Positions 45,108-54,231 of a DNA stretch of 64,000 nt are shown piece by piece (the stretch's first letter is position 1; every line of letters starts with the position of its first letter). Under the pieces are notes generated by a model. That model searched no databases. It was not told the origin of the DNA and was given only the letters and a program-made list of their open reading frames with translations. A program made the translations under genes and the position numbers. The stretch is from positions 64,001 to 128,000 of IMG/VR virus record IMGVR_UViG_3300033485_000001, one strand, 5' to 3'. This stretch comes from a virus.

Positions 45108-46265
45108 TCAGGCTCTCCTGATCGCGTCGAAGATGTACTTGCCAGCGAGCTTCTCCAGCTCGAGCTGACGGTCCCTGTCCGACCGCATCACCATGGCGAC
45201 TCGGGAGATGGACTGCGCGATGCCGAAGGCGTTGTCTGGATCGCCCTCCTGATGCCACGCCTTCTCCGCAGCCTCCAGGATCGCCTTGGGCTGACCCTTG
45301 AGGTAGTTCTTCAGGTGCTCGAGCGGCTCCGGCACGACGACCTCGTGCAGGCGGGTGGCCTCGCTGATGAGCCTGTTCTTCCGCTCCGGGAGCTGCCGGA
45401 ACATGCTCCCGATCATCGCGTCCAGATCCTCGTTGTCGATGGACCTGTGCGTCCGGTAGAGCAGCGGTCCGTCTTCCACCCCGACGATCATGCCGTTGGC
45501 GCAGACGAACTTCACGAACCAGGGGGCGCCCATGAAGGCGCCGCCGCCGACCTCGCTGTTCTTGAACCTGATGCCGAAGTAGTAGTTGTCGCCCTCCGCC
45601 ATCGGCATCTTGCCGGCGCGGATCGCGTCGAACGGCTCGTTGTACGTGAGGAAGTAGTGGGAGGCGTTCGGCTTGAAGGAGACCATCTTGAAGTGCATCT
45701 CGCCCAGATCGGAGCCGATGCTCTCCTGCATCCTCTCGAAGATGCGGGCGTCCCTGATCTCGCTGTACTTCGGGCTGACGAAGGCCCGGAGCACGCCGTT
45801 GGATCCAGCCACTTGGGGCTCCTCGCTCGTATCGAACGACCGAGCGATGATCTTCTGGACGAGGGGTTCCTCCCTCGACCGGAGGTGATCCATGACCGCG
45901 CGCTGGATCTGGTCGGTGGGCGTGGAGGCGAAGAACTTGTCCCACTTCACGCCCAGCTCGGACCCCAGCTGCTTGCGGGACCACTCGTTCATCTCGAGCA
46001 GCCCGAAGGGCGGGATGAACACCGAGCCGGCGCTCATGAAGCGCATCTTGCTCAGCTCGATGACATCGGGGCCTGGGTCGTCCATGTCCACCGGGATGCC
46101 CCTCGCCCTGGCGCTCACGTTGTCGGGAGCCAGCTTCAGGCTCTCCCGGTGTTGCACGATCGCGTGGACTTCCTCAAAGGGCTTCTGGCTCATCTTCTGG
46201 ACTTCCCAGTCCAGAGCCACCGAGGCCCGCCGGGACGTCGATCGGGTATTCTCTTCCGTCTCCAT
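45108..46265 (-). CDS. DUF932-like protein
   Basis: NEWSRKQLGSELG...LRAFVSPKYSEI.D...FKNSEVG.GAF...VCANGMI. Confidence 0.65.
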   Translation of the reverse strand: METEENTRSTSRRASVALDWEVQKMSQKPFEEVHAIVQHRESLKLAPDNVSARARGIPVDMDDPGPDVIELSKMRFMSAGSVFIPPFGLLEMNEWSRKQLGSELGVKWDKFFASTPTDQIQRAVMDHLRSREEPLVQKIIARSFDTSEEPQVAGSNGVLRAFVSPKYSEIRDARIFERMQESIGSDLGEMHFKMVSFKPNASHYFLTYNEPFDAIRAGKMPMAEGDNYYFGIRFKNSEVGGGAFMGAPWFVKFVCANGMIVGVEDGPLLYRTHRSIDNEDLDAMIGSMFRQLPERKNRLISEATRLHEVVVPEPLEHLKNYLKGQPKAILEAAEKAWHQEGDPDNAFGIAQSISRVAMVMRSDRDRQLELEKLAGKYIFDAIRRA

Positions 46266-46527
46266 CTGCGCTCTTCCTCTCGTTGATGAAGTAGACCTGC
46301 AATAGGTGATCTTCGATTGCGCTGTGCAGCTCCCCTGCCAGCTTTCGGACGTTGTCCGGCCACGTGGCGGCCAGAGTCTCCCTCCCCATGAGAACAGGGG
46401 ATTCGTCCTTCTCTTTGTGCAACAGGGCGATGTGGACGGCGATCATGCTGTCCGGCCACGTGCCCTCGATGGAGATCTTCACCGCTGAGACGGCATTGAT
46501 CCTGGAGCTCGAGGATGCGGTCTTCAT
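46174..46527 (-). CDS. Hypothetical protein
   Basis: AAGGAG SD before ATG 46527; ATGA overlap with the upstream gene. Confidence 0.55.
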   Translation of the reverse strand: MKTASSSSRINAVSAVKISIEGTWPDSMIAVHIALLHKEKDESPVLMGRETLAATWPDNVRKLAGELHSAIEDHLLQVYFINERKSADGDGREYPIDVPAGLGGSGLGSPEDEPEAL

Positions 46528-46868
46528 TCTCGCTCCTTGACCAGCTCTGTGAGGAGAACCTTCATCTTGGGCTCGTACTTCCTGATGGCCATCTTGGCGA
46601 TCTTCTGGCAGACAACGAGCGCGTTGGCGATGCTCGCGTCGTCCTGGTTGCATCTGATCCGCACACCAGCGGTGGTGCCCAGGGTGATGGCGTTGAAGTC
46701 GCCACCCTTGATCACCATGGAGAACTCCCTCCACGCCTCAGCATTCCCGTCCCCGAGCAGCAGCTCCGTGGGGACGATCTTCGTTGTGGTTGGCACGTAG
46801 ATCCTCCTGTCCTCGTCCTTGTCGTACACCCACAGCTCGAAGGTCAGAATCGCGTCTGCCTTCTGCAT
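46524..46868 (-). CDS. Hypothetical protein
   Basis: Operon-coupled ORF. Confidence 0.7.
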   Translation of the reverse strand: MQKADAILTFELWVYDKDEDRRIYVPTTTKIVPTELLLGDGNAEAWREFSMVIKGGDFNAITLGTTAGVRIRCNQDDASIANALVVCQKIAKMAIRKYEPKMKVLLTELVKERE

Positions 46869-46871
46869 GTC

Positions 46872-47300
46872 TCACCCGAGCTGGAAGGACTTCGGACGGT
46901 GGTCCACGCGAGGGCTCTCCTTCACGTCGAGGACGGCTCTGTCCGCGATCCTTCCGTTGATGAGCCCGAGCTTCTGGAGCGAGTCGAACTCCTTGGAGAC
47001 GACCTTGTACTCGACCCTGACGAGGCGGTCCCTCGTCACGGGGTCGTGCTTGAACGCCTCGTACAGGTACGCCCCGTCGAACTCCCGCTTGGGAACGATC
47101 GTGACCGTCATGCCGGCGGCGCCGATGCGGGTCTCCCTGACCGCGATCTCCAGCTCCTGAAGCACAGCCTCCCGCAGGGTGGCCAGCTTCCGCAGCTCGT
47201 CGAGGACGTCGGCGTTCTGCTCCTCGAAGTTGCGCAGCTCGTCGTTGGCCTTCTCGTACTTCTTCTCCAGCCTGCGTACACGTTTCTCTGCGTCGTTCAT
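46872..47300 (-). CDS. Coiled-coil phage protein
   Basis: TGATG coupling with the UDG stop. Confidence 0.7.
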   Translation of the reverse strand: MNDAEKRVRRLEKKYEKANDELRNFEEQNADVLDELRKLATLREAVLQELEIAVRETRIGAAGMTVTIVPKREFDGAYLYEAFKHDPVTRDRLVRVEYKVVSKEFDSLQKLGLINGRIADRAVLDVKESPRVDHRPKSFQLG

Positions 47301-47950
47301 CACCACTCTCCTTTGCCGTCGTAGAGTCTTCGTAACTGATCAACAATCCTTCGTGCCAGCTTCAGGTCCTCCCAGAAGTCCGTGACCAGCGATCCCGGTC
47401 TGACCTTCGGGTTCCTCAGCAGCGCCGCAGGGTGGTACGTCGGGATGACGGGGTAGCTGACGTACTTGTAGAACCCAGGCACCTTGGCGAAGAACATCTC
47501 GCCTCGCACCCCCTTCATCGCCGAGTTGACCCCGGTCAGCCCGTACAAGGCCGTGGCGCCGAGGGCGACGATGAGGAGTGGATCCACTCGGTAGATGACC
47601 TCCTTGATTCGGCTGCTGCACGCAGCGATCTCCTGCCTGGACGGCTTTCGGATCACCGCGTTTCCTTCCTCCTCCCTGTGGGGGAAGCAGGCCACGATGT
47701 TGTCGATGAACAGGTCCTCCCTGTTCCAGCCCAGCCGCTCCTCCAGGAACTCCGTCAGCAGCTTCCCAGATCTGCCGATGAACGGATACCCGATCTTATC
47801 TTCGTCAGGCCCAGGTCCCTCTCCGACGAACATGACCTCCGCGTTCGGATTGCCCACGCCGAGGACGACGTAGCTTCGATCCTTGCAGAGTCCACATCGC
47901 TGGCACGTGAGCCATTGGAGAGAGAACGCGAGCGGCTTCTCGGCTCTCAT
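47300..47950 (-). CDS. Family 4 uracil-DNA glycosylase (Fe-S type)
   Basis: CQRCGLC...[19 protein letters not shown]...NIVACFP...C...YHPA. Confidence 0.9.
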   Translation of the reverse strand: MRAEKPLAFSLQWLTCQRCGLCKDRSYVVLGVGNPNAEVMFVGEGPGPDEDKIGYPFIGRSGKLLTEFLEERLGWNREDLFIDNIVACFPHREEEGNAVIRKPSRQEIAACSSRIKEVIYRVDPLLIVALGATALYGLTGVNSAMKGVRGEMFFAKVPGFYKYVSYPVIPTYHPAALLRNPKVRPGSLVTDFWEDLKLARRIVDQLRRLYDGKGEW

Positions 47951-48480
47951 TTGATCAGCTTGCCCCCGCTCTTGAGCGCCTGGAGGAGGTCGGGGCCGGT
48001 GCCGAGCCCGAGCTTCTTGGCAGATTCCTCCATGCGCTTGAGATCAGCAGGGGACGCCTTGGAGATGTTCGCCTTCTCCATGGCGTGCTGCGCCTTGGCC
48101 GCTTCGAGCTCCTGCATGAACTCGGAGTACGTGCGGTGGAACTCGCTCTGCGACTCCTCGCCCTGCGCCGCCGGGAAGAAGTACCACTTCGGCATGACGA
48201 CCATCTTGCGGATGGGCTCGAGGACGCACCAGGCGATGGTCCCGAGGGCCGGGACGTGCATCGGACCCTGCGGTCCCATGACCGGCTGCTTCCCGATCGG
48301 GAAGCAGTCGAAGATGTTCGTCATCTTCCCGTTGAGCACTCGTTCCTCGAACGCCTCGATGATGTAGCTGTCGTCGAGATCGGGAGGGATCTCGACGCCC
48401 GGCTTGTCCAGCCGTCCCAGGAACGTGTGGTCACCACCCGCGTTGAAGACGATCAGTACGGGCTTCTGCTCCTCCATCAT
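47947..48480 (-). CDS. Hypothetical protein
   Basis: ATGA coupling at both ends. Confidence 0.7.
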   Translation of the reverse strand: MMEEQKPVLIVFNAGGDHTFLGRLDKPGVEIPPDLDDSYIIEAFEERVLNGKMTNIFDCFPIGKQPVMGPQGPMHVPALGTIAWCVLEPIRKMVVMPKWYFFPAAQGEESQSEFHRTYSEFMQELEAAKAQHAMEKANISKASPADLKRMEESAKKLGLGTGPDLLQALKSGGKLIK

Positions 48481-49844
48481 TGCACCTCTACCTTCATGCC
48501 CCACTTCCTGAAGTGGTTCATCAGCTTGTACCCCATGTTCCTCATCGGGGTTACGTTGACGTGCCAGATCACGATGACCTTCGTCTTCTTCTTCCCCGCC
48601 AGGAATCGTTGGATGCGACCCATCGACTGCTGGAGGATGTTCTTGCTGCTGAACTCCGTGAGAATGATCAGCGCGTCCAGCTTCTGCTTGTTGAGCGCCT
48701 CCTGCGCCATCGTGATGGTGGCGAAGGTCAGGCGGCTGTTCTTGAGGATGCTCAACCTCTTCTTCGGCGGCACATCCTGGTGAAGGACGCCCGAGTCTGG
48801 GTAGAGCTCGTGGAGGAGCTGGGCGTGATCCTTGGACATCGTGATCGCCAGGATGTCACGGTCTCGCTTCAGCCCCTCGTCAATGATCTCTCGTGCGAAC
48901 GCGATCTCCTCTGGCCTCATGCCGACGTGGCTGGCCAGTCGGTGGATGTGGATCTCCCCAGTCCTGTCTGTGCAGGCCCGGTACGTAGCAGGATCGGCGA
49001 AGTCCGGTGTGGTGGTGGACTTGAGGAACGTCACGGTGGGGATCACATCCTGATTCAGGTTCTTGTGGACGACCTTGCCGACGTGCCAGAGGTAGAGCAG
49101 CTCTCCGCCGTCGTCACGTTCGACTGTCGCTGTGGCCCCGAACCGCGCGCCGTAGAACATGTCGGCGGTCTTGGAGAACTCGTCTGCGGAGAGGTGGTGG
49201 ATCTCGTCCCACACAATCGTCCCGAACCAGGACGTCATCTCGGGTGGTACCAGATCGGCGTACATGGCCAACGTCTTCAGGCTGGCCAGGGCGATCGGGC
49301 ATCTCCAGTTCCACTTCGACGGGTGTCCCTGGATCCACCCCAGCTCCCCAGGTACCACCAGGAAGCGATTGATCTCCTGGATCCACTGCTGGAGGATGTG
49401 GGTCTTGTCGTTGATGATCAGGGCCGGCACGCCTCGGTGAGCGATGTGATGCAGCGCGATGACGGTCTTGCCCTTGCCGCAGGCCAAGTTCAGGATGCCG
49501 CTGTCGGCGACAACCATGGCGTCGAAGGCTCGTTGCTGCTCGTCCTTGTCAGGCTGGACGTGGTCCAGCGTGACCTTGCTGTGGAACCTCACCGGCTCGT
49601 AGCTGGAGGGGGTGAGGTCCACAACCGGGTACGGCAGGTCTTCGATCCTGATCTTCTCGCGTGGCACACCGAGGTGGTGTGGCGCGTCCCTCCAGAGGGT
49701 CATGAAGACAACATCGTCCTTGACCCTGACAGGAACGGTCAGGCTGTTCTTGATCACCTCTACGGAGATCCTCTTCTTGGGCAACCACAGCCAGGTGTCG
49801 CGGTAGCCGATGTCGGGGTCCCTGATTGGCAGTGTGTAGATCAT
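48477..49844 (-). CDS. Superfamily 2 helicase (DEAH-type, UvsW/XPB-like)
   Basis: Q motif DEQQRAF, Walker A ACGKGKT, DEIHH, ATATVERDDG, QQSMGRIQR. Confidence 0.9.
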   Translation of the reverse strand: MIYTLPIRDPDIGYRDTWLWLPKKRISVEVIKNSLTVPVRVKDDVVFMTLWRDAPHHLGVPREKIRIEDLPYPVVDLTPSSYEPVRFHSKVTLDHVQPDKDEQQRAFDAMVVADSGILNLACGKGKTVIALHHIAHRGVPALIINDKTHILQQWIQEINRFLVVPGELGWIQGHPSKWNWRCPIALASLKTLAMYADLVPPEMTSWFGTIVWDEIHHLSADEFSKTADMFYGARFGATATVERDDGGELLYLWHVGKVVHKNLNQDVIPTVTFLKSTTTPDFADPATYRACTDRTGEIHIHRLASHVGMRPEEIAFAREIIDEGLKRDRDILAITMSKDHAQLLHELYPDSGVLHQDVPPKKRLSILKNSRLTFATITMAQEALNKQKLDALIILTEFSSKNILQQSMGRIQRFLAGKKKTKVIVIWHVNVTPMRNMGYKLMNHFRKWGMKVEVQ

Positions 49845-49871
49845 GGCGTGGACCTAAGATGCTAACACGGA

Positions 49872-50231
49872 TCAGGGGAACTTCCACCGGCTGAAGAAGA
49901 CTGCAAACTGGATTCCTGTTTCCTTCAAGCATCCAGCGGCAATGTTCTTCCCCAGCCGGGAGATTGCGCTCTCACCCTCCTTCGGGAGCACGTGCTCGTC
50001 AGGGGGGAGGTGGACGGTCAGCGATGATGACGTCCTGGTCTCACCCTGAGACCTGGACGAAGGCGAGGAGTGAACCATCACGTTCCCCCCACCGCCGCCA
50101 CCGCTCCTCTTGATCTTGTCTTCCTGGGCCTGGCAACACATGGCCTCGCAGGTGCATACGTCGCACTCCGGATCTCCTGAATCCCACCGCGTGAAGCAGT
50201 CGGGGACATGCGTCCCCTTGTAATACGGCAA
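49872..50231 (-). CDS. Small Cys-rich protein, first gene of the replication operon
   Basis: CF..W......C..C.C...C; GGAGG SD. Confidence 0.7.
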   Translation of the reverse strand: MPYYKGTHVPDCFTRWDSGDPECDVCTCEAMCCQAQEDKIKRSGGGGGGNVMVHSSPSSRSQGETRTSSSLTVHLPPDEHVLPKEGESAISRLGKNIAAGCLKETGIQFAVFFSRWKFP

Positions 50232-50287
50232 CTCTGTCCTCCTTGATCTTCGGCGTACACGCCTAGTTTGCGCGCTCGGTCAAGACC

Positions 50288-50303
50288 CTTATAGCTCGGA
50301 TCT
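50288..50303 (-). promoter_or_regulatory. AGATCCGAGC-TATAAG promoter motif upstream of the replication operon
   Basis: 14/16 identical to the motif at 56470-56485; 57 bp before the first minus-strand start. Confidence 0.6.
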
Positions 50304-50383
50304 CCCCATCTTTGCCTTGACGTTTGGTGGTGGTAGACTGGAGACCAGAGTTCGATACTGACAGGGCGCGTGGAGGCTGGCAC

Positions 50384-51589
50384 ATGATCGGAACCCCAGG
50401 GGCCGTGTTCGATCCCTACGACGACGAATTCGAGTCCCTTCAACAGATGCTTCAGGGGCGCGAGATCCCTGAGTTCATCAAGACGGCCTCGATCCTCGAT
50501 CGGGAAGACCTTCAGCGGCTGCCGGACCATGCCTTCGCCATGGTCGTGATCGGTGACGGCTACCAGATGCGGAAGTACGCCTGCATCGATCCGGCGCACG
50601 TCACGGTCAACGTGATGTACTTCCTCGAGCACGCCGACGAGCTGCCGGAGGCGGCGAAGGAGAAGGTCGCGCACAACCTCCTCCGGGCCTGCAACCACTT
50701 CGGCATCACGCCTCCGGCTCCGCTGACCAAGATGGCCGCCGGCAGGAAGGTCCTCATCAAGACCGACGGCACCAACATCACGGTGAAGAGGGAGAAGACC
50801 GGCGAGCTCAGCGGCTCTCCGGTGATGCCGCTCTCGGCCAGGCCGTCCCTCGCCAAGCTGTCGTCCGTGATCAGTGACCCCTACGTCGAGCCAGGTCCCC
50901 CGAGCCGGCGGCAGTTCGACCCCGGCCCGAGCGTCCTGGACGACGAGCTTCCGCTGGCCAGCTACGGCCAGGTGAAGGAGGCCATGACCTTCTTCCACGC
51001 CTTCAACGGCGACATGCACCCGCGACAGCGTCACGAGATGTGCGTCAAGATCGCGTCGAGGGCTGACGCTCTCGGCATCCCAGTGGACGACGTCATCAGG
51101 AAGTACGGGTCCCGCACCTTCGAGACCAGCGTCTTCCTGAAGGCGGCGGCGCTCACCAGGAAGCAGATCTGGGCGGAGATGCAGAACGGCGAGGCTCCGC
51201 ACCTGCTCGAGCAGATCATGGAGAAGCAGGCGAGCGCGCAGCTCTCTCCGGACGTGTTCGCCGAGGCCCTGGCAGAGCTGGACATCATGACCGGGATCGA
51301 CAGGTACTGGGACTCCACGGTTCCCGATCCGTGGTTCTCCACCTACGGTCAGCAGAAGCTGGCCGAGGACAAGCAGTGGCGCTGGGCCAACGGGACGGAG
51401 TACCTCACCGAGACGCAGCTCATGAAGATGGTGGGCAGCCAGCGCGGACGGGATGCGGTGACCAGCACCTTCGACGAGAAGCTGGCCGATGGCCTGAAGA
51501 AGAACCCGACCGTGGTCTTCGACTCCCTCCCCATGGACACGAAGAGGACCATCGCCAGGATCGCACAACAACTCGAAGCAGGGCTATAA
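50384..51589 (+). CDS. Putative head assembly/core protein with several K-x-A sites
   Basis: GGAGG SD before ATG 50384; IKTAS, TKMAA, EKQAS and QKLAE motifs; lies in the head module upstream of the portal. Confidence 0.7.
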   Translation: MIGTPGAVFDPYDDEFESLQQMLQGREIPEFIKTASILDREDLQRLPDHAFAMVVIGDGYQMRKYACIDPAHVTVNVMYFLEHADELPEAAKEKVAHNLLRACNHFGITPPAPLTKMAAGRKVLIKTDGTNITVKREKTGELSGSPVMPLSARPSLAKLSSVISDPYVEPGPPSRRQFDPGPSVLDDELPLASYGQVKEAMTFFHAFNGDMHPRQRHEMCVKIASRADALGIPVDDVIRKYGSRTFETSVFLKAAALTRKQIWAEMQNGEAPHLLEQIMEKQASAQLSPDVFAEALAELDIMTGIDRYWDSTVPDPWFSTYGQQKLAEDKQWRWANGTEYLTETQLMKMVGSQRGRDAVTSTFDEKLADGLKKNPTVVFDSLPMDTKRTIARIAQQLEAGL

Positions 51590-51595
51590 TAGCCC
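51581..51595 (+). promoter_or_regulatory. GGGCTA-TAA-TAGCCC palindrome containing TATAAT
   Basis: Overlaps the stop of the preceding gene, about 40 bp upstream of 51631. Confidence 0.35.
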
Positions 51596-51630
51596 GCCCC
51601 CTAGAGGAAAGGGGATAGGAGGAGACGGTT

Positions 51631-52365
51631 ATGAGCAAGGCACTTTCCGGCATGAACCCCAAGAAGCCCCATCTTCTGAACGCGGGCGGGCTCGCAGGCG
51701 AGATCAGGGATCTCCGTTCCGATGTCGACTCGGCACTCGAGAACCTCGAGGAGCGCGACTCGTCCCTGAACTTCCCGGAGCTGGACTGGGTGGACGGCGC
51801 CGTGACGGCGGCGGCGGGAGACGTGATCCTGATGGGTCGCAACTTCCTCCAGGGCCAGACCTTCGCGTCGCTGACCAAGTTCACCGGCGTGGATCAGCTC
51901 GTCTTCACGGCGCTCAAGCCCGGCCTGGACGGCAACGCCCTGACCATCGCGCTCGTGCACAGCCTCGGACTCCCCGCCGTGACCGTGGGCAAGGTGGGCA
52001 ACGCGATCACCATCACCGCCGACCTCGGAACTCACACGGGGACCGAGATCGCGACGGCTGTCAACGCCAACGCGGCGGCCACGGATGGCTACCTGCGCTG
52101 CGTCGGCGGTGCCGGCACGGCGCAGACCGCCTTCACCGCAACCCCGCTTGCGGGCGGCACGGGCAGCGGCGACTTCAAGGTCTACGTGGGCGGACAGCTC
52201 TGCCTCCCCGGCAACGATCCGGCTGCGGGCACAGCAGCGATCACCGCCACGTCAGCCAGGATGACGCACCCGACGGTCACTGGCGCGGCGGCCGGCGACA
52301 TGGCGCAGATCACGCTGAGGTCGGACAACGTCCTCGCCCAGCCGATCAGCGCGGTGCTGTCGTAG
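51631..52365 (+). CDS. Virion structural protein (sheath-like beta module)
   Basis: LVFTALKPGLDGNALTI...GTEIATAVNA...TPLAGG. Confidence 0.7.
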   Translation: MSKALSGMNPKKPHLLNAGGLAGEIRDLRSDVDSALENLEERDSSLNFPELDWVDGAVTAAAGDVILMGRNFLQGQTFASLTKFTGVDQLVFTALKPGLDGNALTIALVHSLGLPAVTVGKVGNAITITADLGTHTGTEIATAVNANAAATDGYLRCVGGAGTAQTAFTATPLAGGTGSGDFKVYVGGQLCLPGNDPAAGTAAITATSARMTHPTVTGAAAGDMAQITLRSDNVLAQPISAVLS

Positions 52366-52377
52366 CGGTGAAGCTCG

Positions 52378-53298
52378 GTGAACGGTCATGAGGACAGGTT
52401 CATCGAGAGGTTGCAGAAGGTAGCGGCACCTCCGGAGCCGCCGCCGCCACAAGAGGAGGACGACCAGTCCCCTGCCTCCGTGGAAGCGGTGCCGGCTCCG
52501 GAGGAAGCTGCTCCTCCTGCTGAGAAGCCGAGCTTCGTCCCGATCGGACCGAAGAACGTCTTCGGTCATCACGACGCTCACCCTCTACTTCTCGATGCCC
52601 TGCTGCTCCAGAAGTACGGCCCGCTGTGGCTGGACTGGGAGCCAGAGACGATCTGGTCGGAGATCGACGACGACTTCGGCCAGGCAGTCAGCGTTCACAA
52701 CAGGAACAAGATCCAGGCCGTGAGGCTTTGCCATCTGGTGGACACCCCGTGGACCAGCTGGGAGGTGTTCGTAGTTGTGGCCCAGGCGTTCAACAACAAC
52801 GTCCCCAACTTCCGAACCCTCCAGCGTCCGACGGTTGCGCAGATCCTGAATGCGGTAAGCATCATGGACAAGATCAAGTCGGAGGACGAGGTCAAGTTCT
52901 CCGAGGAGGTCATGAAGTTCATCGCTGCTTGCTTCCTCGATGAGGGGGTGGTGTACCTGCCCCCTCCAGTGGATGAAGCCCAGCATTGGGCATCTCGACC
53001 GAGGTATCGCTGTTCCAAGTGTGGTAAGATCGACAGCGACGACGACAACGACATCTGCGACAACTGCGGGGTGTCGGACGAGTATCTCGTCAGGGAGATG
53101 GAAAGGGACTACAGATCCATCAAGAAGAGGTACGATGAGTGCGTGGCCGCCGGTCCGAAGCGAGACGAGCTCGGGGACGATACACCCGAGGACGTTCAGA
53201 CGGCCAAGCTCCTGGTCGCTGACGAGTACGTCAAGGAGCGTCGCCGGCAGCTCGAGGAGCAGACGAGGATACTGAGGGATGTCCGATCACACCTATGA
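52378..53298 (+). CDS. Conserved-looking head-module protein with K-x-A leader and zinc ribbon
   Basis: FIERLQKVAA leader, Pro-rich linker, WLDWEPETIW, CSKC...CDNC. Confidence 0.75.
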   Translation: MNGHEDRFIERLQKVAAPPEPPPPQEEDDQSPASVEAVPAPEEAAPPAEKPSFVPIGPKNVFGHHDAHPLLLDALLLQKYGPLWLDWEPETIWSEIDDDFGQAVSVHNRNKIQAVRLCHLVDTPWTSWEVFVVVAQAFNNNVPNFRTLQRPTVAQILNAVSIMDKIKSEDEVKFSEEVMKFIAACFLDEGVVYLPPPVDEAQHWASRPRYRCSKCGKIDSDDDNDICDNCGVSDEYLVREMERDYRSIKKRYDECVAAGPKRDELGDDTPEDVQTAKLLVADEYVKERRRQLEEQTRILRDVRSHL

Positions 53299-54223
53299 CA
53301 TGATCCTGTCCGACGCGATGCTCCGCGAGTTCTACATGCTCGAGAAGCAGGCAGCCACTGCGTGGACCGGACGACTTGTGGGAGCTGGTATCGGCGCCCT
53401 TGGCGGTGGTCTGGCTGGTCGCTACACAGCCCCGGAGGAACAGAAGAACCTCGGCACCGTCCGTGGTGCGATCCTCGGCGGCATAGGCGGACTTGGCGCC
53501 GGGCAGTTCGCGACCAAGGCAGGGCGCACGGAGGCACTCCAGTTCGGGCAGCGTCAGCTCCACGGAGCGACCGGCTACATGCCTGGTCGGGGTCTCTTCG
53601 GTCGTGGGGCTGAGGGGAAGCAGCTCACCGGATCCGATCGTATCAAGGCCCTTGAGGACATGGGCTTCAAGTTCGGCAAGGGCAAGGACATGAAGTCGGC
53701 CCTGAAGGAGTCCGAGAAGGAAGTCGCCGAGGGTGTGATCAGCGGGATCATGCCGAAGGGGGTCCAGAAGTTCTGGGCCAAGCGGCATGCGGCAGCGGAG
53801 CTGGCGAGGAGACAGGTAGCCGAGGCTGGGATGACCTCGCTGCCTGGCCTCGCCAAGGGCTACGTGGGTCGGGGACTACCCGTGGCGGGCAAGGTCATGA
53901 CGCCATGGCAGGCCGCGAAGACCAACCTGAAAGCTCCCGGTATCGCGATGGGTGTAGGCGTCCCCGCGCTCATGTCGGCGCAGTCCCTCGCCGAGTACGG
54001 ACAGACGGGTGACACGGGACAGCTTGCGGGATCACTCGCTGGAAACGTCGCATTGGGAGCGGGAGGGGCGTTGCCCATAACCGCCGCGATGGGACTGGGA
54101 TCAGCCGTTGGACGTGCTGGGACGCTGGTTGCTCGAGGGGCAACACGAGCGCGAGACGCGCTGGTGAACCGCCCCGTTGCGCAGCCTGTCGAACAGCCGG
54201 TTGGGCAAGTGGCTCCGCGTTGA
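53279..54223 (+). CDS. Glycine-zipper putative ejection/internal virion protein
   Basis: LEKQAA leader; GAGIGALGGGLAG and GAILGGIGGLGAG zippers. Confidence 0.7.
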   Translation: MSDHTYDMILSDAMLREFYMLEKQAATAWTGRLVGAGIGALGGGLAGRYTAPEEQKNLGTVRGAILGGIGGLGAGQFATKAGRTEALQFGQRQLHGATGYMPGRGLFGRGAEGKQLTGSDRIKALEDMGFKFGKGKDMKSALKESEKEVAEGVISGIMPKGVQKFWAKRHAAAELARRQVAEAGMTSLPGLAKGYVGRGLPVAGKVMTPWQAAKTNLKAPGIAMGVGVPALMSAQSLAEYGQTGDTGQLAGSLAGNVALGAGGALPITAAMGLGSAVGRAGTLVARGATRARDALVNRPVAQPVEQPVGQVAPR

Positions 54224-54231
54224 GGTGATCC

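Noticed and set aside
50240-50285. Short inverted repeats (CTTGA...TCAAG, GGCG-TACA-CGCC) in the divergent gap
   Set aside because: Too short to exceed chance in GC-rich DNA; no second copy seen.
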